Source: Patescibacteria group bacterium (GTDB taxonomy: Bacteria > Patescibacteriota > Microgenomatia > UBA10105 > UBA927). Taken from it: DNA of 64,000 nt. This document shows, piece after piece, positions 57,822 to 64,000 of the stretch. The notes below the pieces were generated by a model. It had not been told where the DNA came from. It saw only the letters and a program-made list of their open reading frames with translations, and did not search any database. Each line of letters begins with the position of its first letter. Position 1 is the stretch's first letter. A program made the translations under genes and the position numbers. Where the stretch lies: assembly GCA_035510735.1 (NCBI GenBank), contig DATKGN010000006.1, forward strand, positions 65,429-129,428, written 5' to 3'.

Positions 57822-59132
57822 TTACAGGTTTTTTTTAAACTCTTCCCGAGTGTTCGAGGCAACCGATCGATTATTCCGCACCACCACAAAGGGACTTTTT
57901 AGCATGCAATAGGTCTCCTCAGGAATATCTTTATCTATAACAACACCTGAACCGATAAATGACCCGCGTCCGATCTTAATGCCTGGCATTATACTCGCAT
58001 TTACGCCGATCCGTACGTCGCGACCGACCATTGCGCCCACTTTATTTTTTCCCGTGGATATCCGATCCTGTTTGACAGAAGACAGTATCTCCCCATCATC
58101 AAGCCTGAGATTGGCTAGAACTGCGCCGGACCCCATGCTGATATTTCTCTCGAGAACGCTGTCTCCGACATAATTACTGTGAAACCAACATCTCTCGCCC
58201 ACGTAACTCCGAGTAATATCTGTATTAAAACCGGTCACGCATCCCCCGCCGATATGGCTTTGGCGGATAATATTATTATTGCCGATGATCGTGCCCTTTC
58301 CGATATACGCCGGTCCTGTAATTTTCGTATGTTCAAAAATTCGTACGTCGTCGTCAATAAAAACGTCACCCTCAATAATGACATTTTGTTTTATTTCTAT
58401 ATTTTTTCCGCGGTGGGATCCCAAGCGTGAAAGCAGGACCTTCGTGACATCAAGCACGTTCCACGGATATTTAAGTGTGGTAAAGTCGCCTTTATATTCG
58501 TGAAGAACAAATCGATGCCGTTTCATAAGAATTGAAAGCGCCTTCTCATACACATCATCCTGGTCGCTTGCCGTATGATGCAACTCTTCTAAGAGAGCAT
58601 TACCATCCGATATAAAGTGGCCGAGCGTTGCAATGTAACGGCTAGGCTCATTGCCGGGTCCGGGTTTCTCCTCTATACCCATCACATCTTTTCCGTCGGT
58701 TATAAGATATCCAAGCGGCAAATAAGAATCCACTTCTTGTCCCGGGATCACACCAAATACCTTATCGCTAAAACCAATTGAAACCACTTTTTTGAGCATT
58801 TCGCCGTCTAGCAAATCATCACCATTTAAGATTAATAAAGAACTATTTTGTAGTTCTGACGCCGCCGAAAGAATAGCATCTCCCATTCCAAGAGCCCTCG
58901 GTTGAATCACGGTTGTTGAAGGAACGGAAAATTTAAGCGACGACAAGAGTGGATTATTCTCGCTATTCGTAACGATAACGATTCTCGTCACTTCTTTCGG
59001 CAGCACCGAACGAATTGAATAATCTATAAAAGGTTTTCCAAACCACGGGAACAATACTTTATCTGAAGAGAACGGCAAAAACCGGTTTCCTACTCCGCCC
59101 GCCAAAACGACGGCAACAAGATTATGTTTCAT
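57822..59132 (-). CDS. Bifunctional sugar-1-phosphate nucleotidyltransferase/acetyltransferase (archaeal-like GlmU)
   Basis: LAGGVGNRF, EEKP, KYPW, hexapeptide repeats, HSNYVGDS, ANLRLD; in the mur cluster. Confidence 0.82.
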   Translation of the reverse strand: MKHNLVAVVLAGGVGNRFLPFSSDKVLFPWFGKPFIDYSIRSVLPKEVTRIVIVTNSENNPLLSSLKFSVPSTTVIQPRALGMGDAILSAASELQNSSLLILNGDDLLDGEMLKKVVSIGFSDKVFGVIPGQEVDSYLPLGYLITDGKDVMGIEEKPGPGNEPSRYIATLGHFISDGNALLEELHHTASDQDDVYEKALSILMKRHRFVLHEYKGDFTTLKYPWNVLDVTKVLLSRLGSHRGKNIEIKQNVIIEGDVFIDDDVRIFEHTKITGPAYIGKGTIIGNNNIIRQSHIGGGCVTGFNTDITRSYVGERCWFHSNYVGDSVLERNISMGSGAVLANLRLDDGEILSSVKQDRISTGKNKVGAMVGRDVRIGVNASIMPGIKIGRGSFIGSGVVIDKDIPEETYCMLKSPFVVVRNNRSVASNTREEFKKNL

Positions 59133-60463
59133 TGTTCCTCCGTAATTCTTTTTATGTTCGCACCTAGTTGACTGAGTCGCTCTTCAATCTTTTCATAGCC
59201 ACGGTCTACCTGTTCGACCCCGTGAATATAACTCTCCCCCCCCGCCACAAGAGCTGCTAAAATAAGCGTCGCACCTGCGCGAAGATCATCAATATGTAAA
59301 ACCGCATTATGCAGTTTCGCGGGACCAGTAATTCGGATCCCCTGATGATACCCGTTCACCCGATCCTTCCAATTAAAATTATAAAACGTTTTAGGGTCTT
59401 TGACGATAGGATCATAAAAATCAATTTCGGCGCCCATTTTCTTAAGTTCCGCCACATATGAGAATCTGCTCTCAAATATGGTTTCATGAATAGTTGATAT
59501 TCCTTTCGCTTGGGTCATATAAACAGCCCAAGGTGCCTGCCAATCGGTCATAAAACCCGGGAAAGGCGCCGTCACGATATCAGTCGCCTTAAATGATCCT
59601 TCGCCGAAATACTTGGTCGTATGAGCGTCAATTTGTTCAAATTTCATACCTGATTTCGTAAACATATCGATGAATGCACCAAGGGTCGATATCTGGGAAT
59701 TATGGATTGTTACATCCCCGCGTGTAATAGCGGCAGCGATAGCAAACGTCACTTCTTCGTTTCGGTCGGGCATAATGGTATATTCGACACCATGAAGAGA
59801 CGCTACGCCTTCAATAGTAATTTCGCGAAAACCGCTTCTCGTGATCTTTGCACCCATCGCATTCAATAGCGATATCAGTCCGTCAATCTCAACTTCCTCG
59901 GCGGCATTCTTGAGAACCGTGGTGCCTTCTGCCAACACCGCAGCAAGAAGCAATGTTTCAGTTCCGGTATGCGTATTTTTGGGAAACTCAATGGTTGCAC
60001 CATGAAGTTTTTTTGCCCGGAGATAAAAATATCCATCATCCGAATGATATTCCACATGAGCTCCCATGAGTTTAAGTGCCTCCATATGACGGTCAATGGG
60101 CCGTGCTCCGAGCCTGCAACCCCCGGGATTCGGAATGGTCGCTTCGCCCAGCCGTGCAAGCATAGGTCCCACAACCATTGAAGATGTTCGGAGCCTTGCC
60201 CCAACCTCAAGAGGAACAATAGTATTTTTTTGCTGAACATGCTGTATTACAACAGTATGATCGCGCATCGTGTGCGTAACGCCGAGGCTTTTGAGAACCT
60301 CTAACATAAATGTCACATCACGTAAGAGCGGAACATTGTGGATTATGAGCTCTTCATCAGTCAAAAGAGATGCGACCAAAACTTTTAGCGCAACGTTTTT
60401 TGCCCCGCCGATGGTCACTTCACCACAAAGCGGTATTCCGCCGGTAATAACGAATTTATCCAT
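59129..60463 (-). CDS. murA: UDP-GlcNAc enolpyruvyl transferase
   Basis: GAKN, PGGCRLGARP, PFPGFMTD, DLRAGA, DRGYE. Confidence 0.96.
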   Translation of the reverse strand: MDKFVITGGIPLCGEVTIGGAKNVALKVLVASLLTDEELIIHNVPLLRDVTFMLEVLKSLGVTHTMRDHTVVIQHVQQKNTIVPLEVGARLRTSSMVVGPMLARLGEATIPNPGGCRLGARPIDRHMEALKLMGAHVEYHSDDGYFYLRAKKLHGATIEFPKNTHTGTETLLLAAVLAEGTTVLKNAAEEVEIDGLISLLNAMGAKITRSGFREITIEGVASLHGVEYTIMPDRNEEVTFAIAAAITRGDVTIHNSQISTLGAFIDMFTKSGMKFEQIDAHTTKYFGEGSFKATDIVTAPFPGFMTDWQAPWAVYMTQAKGISTIHETIFESRFSYVAELKKMGAEIDFYDPIVKDPKTFYNFNWKDRVNGYHQGIRITGPAKLHNAVLHIDDLRAGATLILAALVAGGESYIHGVEQVDRGYEKIEERLSQLGANIKRITEEQ

Positions 60464-60466
60464 GAA

Positions 60467-61450
60467 TTAAAATTCCCCGATACGTTGTATTTCTTCTTCT
60501 AATAGGACTCCAAATTGCCTTTTAACTTGTTCTTTCGCTCTATCTATTAATTGTACCACATCGCTAGCGGTGGCATGGCCCCGGTTAATAATAAAATTTG
60601 CATGAACAGACGAAACCTCTGCGTCTCCGATGCACAAACCCTTCAACCCTGCGTGGTCAACCAAAAATCCCGCTGACGTCGCACCATCGGGGACATGACG
60701 GGTCATTGCCTGAGTTTTTGATATGTTTTTGAATGTGCATCCCGCAGAAAACACCCCTTGAGGCTGTGTTTGCCTTCTGTAGGCAATACTCTCGTTTGCG
60801 ATCGTCCACAGGCGTTCTTTTGTATCCCGGATAAGCGAAAAAACTACCCTTGTCACGATATCACGTGATTTTTGGACATAGCTCGTATCATATGCAAATT
60901 GGAAATATGAATGCGGGACCGTTTGAATTTTACCCTCAGGAGTGAGAATTTCCGCCTGATAAACCGTGTCACCGACGTAGCCGTCAGGGTGGGTCCATTT
61001 TGAATTCATATATACGGCGCCACCGACAGAGCCAGGAAGCCCAAGATGCATCTCAAGACCCGCGAGTCCCTCATCAACCGTCACCCGAACTAATTTATTC
61101 ATGAGTACGCCGGAATCTGCTTCCACATATACGCGACTATATGACTTGCCACCGATAACTTCACCTTTTGCCCCACGCGTCGCGATAGTCCCAGTATTAT
61201 TTTTAATGACCAACCCGCGAATCCCTTTATCACCGATAAGAATATTTGTTCCACCACCAAGGACAAACACGGGAAGGTGAATCTTTCTTGCCTCACGTAC
61301 AATATTTATCAATTCCCCATTTGTTCGTGCATCAAAAAATAAATCAGCCGGACCGCCTATTTTAAACGTAGTGTATCGTCCTAACGGTTCGTCAAGTGTA
61401 ATTTTACCCGGATATGTTTGTAAAAAAAACTTTTGAGTCTTTTGATCCAT
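60467..61450 (-). CDS. murB: UDP-N-acetylenolpyruvoylglucosamine reductase
   Basis: TTFKIGGPA, GGGTN, GLPGSVGGA, SAGCTFKN, HANFIIN. Confidence 0.96.
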   Translation of the reverse strand: MDQKTQKFFLQTYPGKITLDEPLGRYTTFKIGGPADLFFDARTNGELINIVREARKIHLPVFVLGGGTNILIGDKGIRGLVIKNNTGTIATRGAKGEVIGGKSYSRVYVEADSGVLMNKLVRVTVDEGLAGLEMHLGLPGSVGGAVYMNSKWTHPDGYVGDTVYQAEILTPEGKIQTVPHSYFQFAYDTSYVQKSRDIVTRVVFSLIRDTKERLWTIANESIAYRRQTQPQGVFSAGCTFKNISKTQAMTRHVPDGATSAGFLVDHAGLKGLCIGDAEVSSVHANFIINRGHATASDVVQLIDRAKEQVKRQFGVLLEEEIQRIGEF

Positions 61451-61454
61451 AGTA

Positions 61455-62900
61455 TTACGTAATTGATTTATAAATTTCCTTGCCCCACAAATAAATATTG
61501 CCGGCTCCCATAAAAATCACGATATCATCTTTTTTTATCATCGAAGCAAGCACTGCATATACCGCCTCAGAATTTTGTGCGTAACATACGACATTTTTGT
61601 GTTTTTTTACTTCATTCGCAAACACCTCACCGGTCATCCCAAGCGTTTCCGTTTCACGGGCCGACCCGTAAATATCGGTCGTCACGACGATATCTGCGTC
61701 TTTAAATGCCAGACCGAACTCGCTTAAAAGTGATTTTGTACGGGAGTATGTATGTGGTTGAAATACTGCAATTACACGGTCCTTGGGATACCATGATCTT
61801 ACTGCTGCCAGTGTTGCCGCAATTTCTTTAGGATGATGCGCATAGTCATCGAAGAACGTTACACCGTGTGCCTGCCCGATTTCTTCAAATCTGCGTTTCG
61901 CCCCACGGAATCGAGAAAGACCAAGCCGCACCTGTTCCCACGAAAGACCTGCCTCGTGAGACGCGACTGCTGCAGCAAGCGCATTTAACACATTGTGGAC
62001 CCCTGGTACATAAATAGTAAATATTCCGATCCCTCCTTTATCTCTGTATATTTCAAATGTTGTTTTGCCTCTCTCAAATGATATATGTTTCGCCTGATAC
62101 CGAGCTTTGTCCGAGCTGCCATAGGTGATGATTGTTGAGTTACCTGATTTTTTGAGTAGCCCATGACTAGCCGGGTCATCTATATTGACAATACATATTT
62201 TCCGGCCGATTTGACGTTGAAGCAGTTTTTGAAAAGCACGCTGTACCGCCGTAAGCGAACTATATGCATCAGGATGATCATAATCAACATTAGTTACAAC
62301 CAGAATCTCGGGAGTTTGCCAAAGAAACCGGGGCGTCGGGTCATGAGTCGGATCAGTTACATACTCATCCGCCTCAGCAATAAAATAATCTCCGCGACCA
62401 AAATGACCGGGCGGCCCAAGCCCCCGCACCTTACCGCACCCGATGGCATACGACGGATCAACGCCGGCAGAAATTAGAATAGTCGCAATAATTGCAGTTG
62501 TTGTTGTTTTTCCGTGGCTTCCTGCAACTGAAATCTGCCGCTTTCCACTCATCGCAAGTCCCAATGCTTTCCCATGAGGTAATGTCGGAATACCGAGTTT
62601 TCGCCCTTCAACAACTTCAGGATTATCTCTCCCGCCGTGGGCTCCTGTATAAATAATAAGATCAGGCTTTATATGTGAAGAAATGTTGTGAGCGTCAAAA
62701 CCTTTTAGCACCTGTATTCCTTTATCATGTAAGACAATATCACTCGGAAACTCGTCTCCGACATCCGAACCGATCACCTGACATCCTTTTTCTTTTGCCC
62801 ACACGGCCAATGACGCCATGGCGATTCCCTTAATACCTACAAAATAGAGAGAATGGAGATTCGAAAGCGATGTAATGTCACGATTTTTCACGCTATTCAT
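61455..62900 (-). CDS. murC: UDP-MurNAc-L-alanine ligase
   Basis: GIKGIAM, GSHGKTTTT, EADEY, RRFE, DDYAHHP, FQPH, MGAG. Confidence 0.96.
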   Translation of the reverse strand: MNSVKNRDITSLSNLHSLYFVGIKGIAMASLAVWAKEKGCQVIGSDVGDEFPSDIVLHDKGIQVLKGFDAHNISSHIKPDLIIYTGAHGGRDNPEVVEGRKLGIPTLPHGKALGLAMSGKRQISVAGSHGKTTTTAIIATILISAGVDPSYAIGCGKVRGLGPPGHFGRGDYFIAEADEYVTDPTHDPTPRFLWQTPEILVVTNVDYDHPDAYSSLTAVQRAFQKLLQRQIGRKICIVNIDDPASHGLLKKSGNSTIITYGSSDKARYQAKHISFERGKTTFEIYRDKGGIGIFTIYVPGVHNVLNALAAAVASHEAGLSWEQVRLGLSRFRGAKRRFEEIGQAHGVTFFDDYAHHPKEIAATLAAVRSWYPKDRVIAVFQPHTYSRTKSLLSEFGLAFKDADIVVTTDIYGSARETETLGMTGEVFANEVKKHKNVVCYAQNSEAVYAVLASMIKKDDIVIFMGAGNIYLWGKEIYKSIT

Positions 62901-63636
62901 ATCGTACTCCAATCACGCCTAACATTTCACCAAATGTTTCTTTGCTACCCTTGCGGAATGAGTAATACAGATTATGCTGACACGATGTGCAGGTCACTGC
63001 GGCATCGATATGCTCCCTCGATATTCCATCCCGCTCAAGCTGTAATAAATTGACATATCCGATATCCAAATGCCATAAACCTTCAATTTGTGAAGCAACG
63101 TTGGGATCATTTCCATATTCTTTTATAAACTGCTTCGCCCTGTCCTCTAGCACGCTATAACAACACATGCCGATATGAGGGCCTATTGATACATAAATAT
63201 CATCTGTCTTAACCCCAATGGAAACCAACGATGTAATAACATTATGAGTAATTTTTTTGCAAGTTCCCTTCCACCCGGCGTGCGCAACTGCTATCGCCTT
63301 ACCCTTTTTATCAGCGAATATGAGAGGAACGCAATCGGCTATACGCACACCGATGCTCAACGGTTTATGTGTGTTGTGGTCTAAACGGGCAACAATAGCA
63401 TCTGCCGACGACAACAACCGGCTGTTGGTGTTGTCAATAATTTCAACACGATCACCATGAATCTGTTCACTTAAAACCAATGAATCCGGTGAAAGGTTCA
63501 GAGTCTGAAGAAAACCCTTTCGATTATGCGTAAGACGCATATCACCGAGTGCGCGCGTCGAATACCCATGGGTAAATTTGGGAAATGACCCAATGAGACT
63601 CGATTGAACATACGATGAACCCATAATGAGAGGCAT
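62893..63636 (-). CDS. pgeF: Peptidoglycan editing factor PgeF/YfiH family
   Basis: EQIHG, ADCVP, HAGWKG, IGPHI..CCY, CTSC, SFR. Confidence 0.9.
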   Translation of the reverse strand: MPLIMGSSYVQSSLIGSFPKFTHGYSTRALGDMRLTHNRKGFLQTLNLSPDSLVLSEQIHGDRVEIIDNTNSRLLSSADAIVARLDHNTHKPLSIGVRIADCVPLIFADKKGKAIAVAHAGWKGTCKKITHNVITSLVSIGVKTDDIYVSIGPHIGMCCYSVLEDRAKQFIKEYGNDPNVASQIEGLWHLDIGYVNLLQLERDGISREHIDAAVTCTSCQHNLYYSFRKGSKETFGEMLGVIGVRYE

Positions 63637-63645
63637 AATCAACAG

Positions 63646-64000
63646 TTACGACGCCTTTATATGTAATAATTTACGAACTTCCGCCTGATCACTCCAAGGA
63701 TATTCTTTTGTGCCCCGGCAAAGACTCCGCTCATGTCCCTTTCCGGTAATAATAACCAGATCCCCGGGTCTTGCAATAGAAAGTGCATAGGCAATCGCTT
63801 TCCCCCTGTTCGGATACCGATATACCGGAACGCTGGATTTTATACCTGTCTGAATAGCATCCATAATGACAGTAACGTCTTCGGTTCTGTAGTCCTCTTC
63901 GGTCAAGATAATTGTATGAGCATACTGGCTTGATGCTCGACCCATAAGCGGTCTTTTTGAATGATCCCTGAGACCCGCGCTGCCAAACACATGAATCACC
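63646..64000 (-). CDS. murE: C-terminal part of a UDP-MurNAc-dipeptide amino acid ligase
   Basis: VFGSAGLRD..KRPLMG, TEEDYRTE, TGKGHE, WSD; truncated by the window. Confidence 0.9.
   Translation of the reverse strand, partial: VIHVFGSAGLRDHSKRPLMGRASSQYAHTIILTEEDYRTEDVTVIMDAIQTGIKSSVPVYRYPNRGKAIAYALSIARPGDLVIITGKGHERSLCRGTKEYPWSDQAEVRKLLHIKAS

Noticed and set aside
1-64000. Alternative genetic code (TGA recoding as in Gracilibacteria/SR1)
   Set aside because: TGA ends many genes at expected positions and conserved genes are uninterrupted

Overview
Bacterial chromosome segment, mostly minus-strand genes, standard code 11 (many ATGA/GTGA stop-start overlaps). Gene content and compaction suggest a Patescibacteria/CPR (Microgenomates-like) genome; this is inference. 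Left to right: a partial beta-propeller gene; gatB-gatA-gatC-glnA and a GAF-ANTAR regulator; murT/gatD; htpX-lemA-polX; tRNA-Asp, a LysM protein, tRNA-Gly, archaeal-type PEP carboxylase, tRNA-Thr; a ~12 kb surface-glycan cluster; a secreted propeller-lipase; tRNA-Val with insertions on both sides; lepB, parB, rpmA-methyltransferase-rplU, rodA, ileS; and a long dcw cluster that includes murD2/murL and a Fem ligase. Main non-obvious signals: (1) a 330-bp GIY-YIG nuclease cassette bounded by a duplicated tRNA-Val 5' end, plus an integrase-less one-gene islet bounded by a duplicated 3' end of the same tRNA; (2) a complete ANTAR dual-hexaloop/terminator leader on glnA directly next to a GAF-ANTAR gene; (3) an ultrashort-stem-I ileS T-box ending in a terminator that also hides the RBS, in front of a GVHH-motif IleRS; (4) small GA-mismatch palindromes inserted in intergenic DNA, inside riboswitch loops and in frame inside genes; (5) many apparently leaderless genes. 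No CRISPR array, rRNA gene, integrase or transposase was seen. All calls come from reading motifs by eye; no searches were run.
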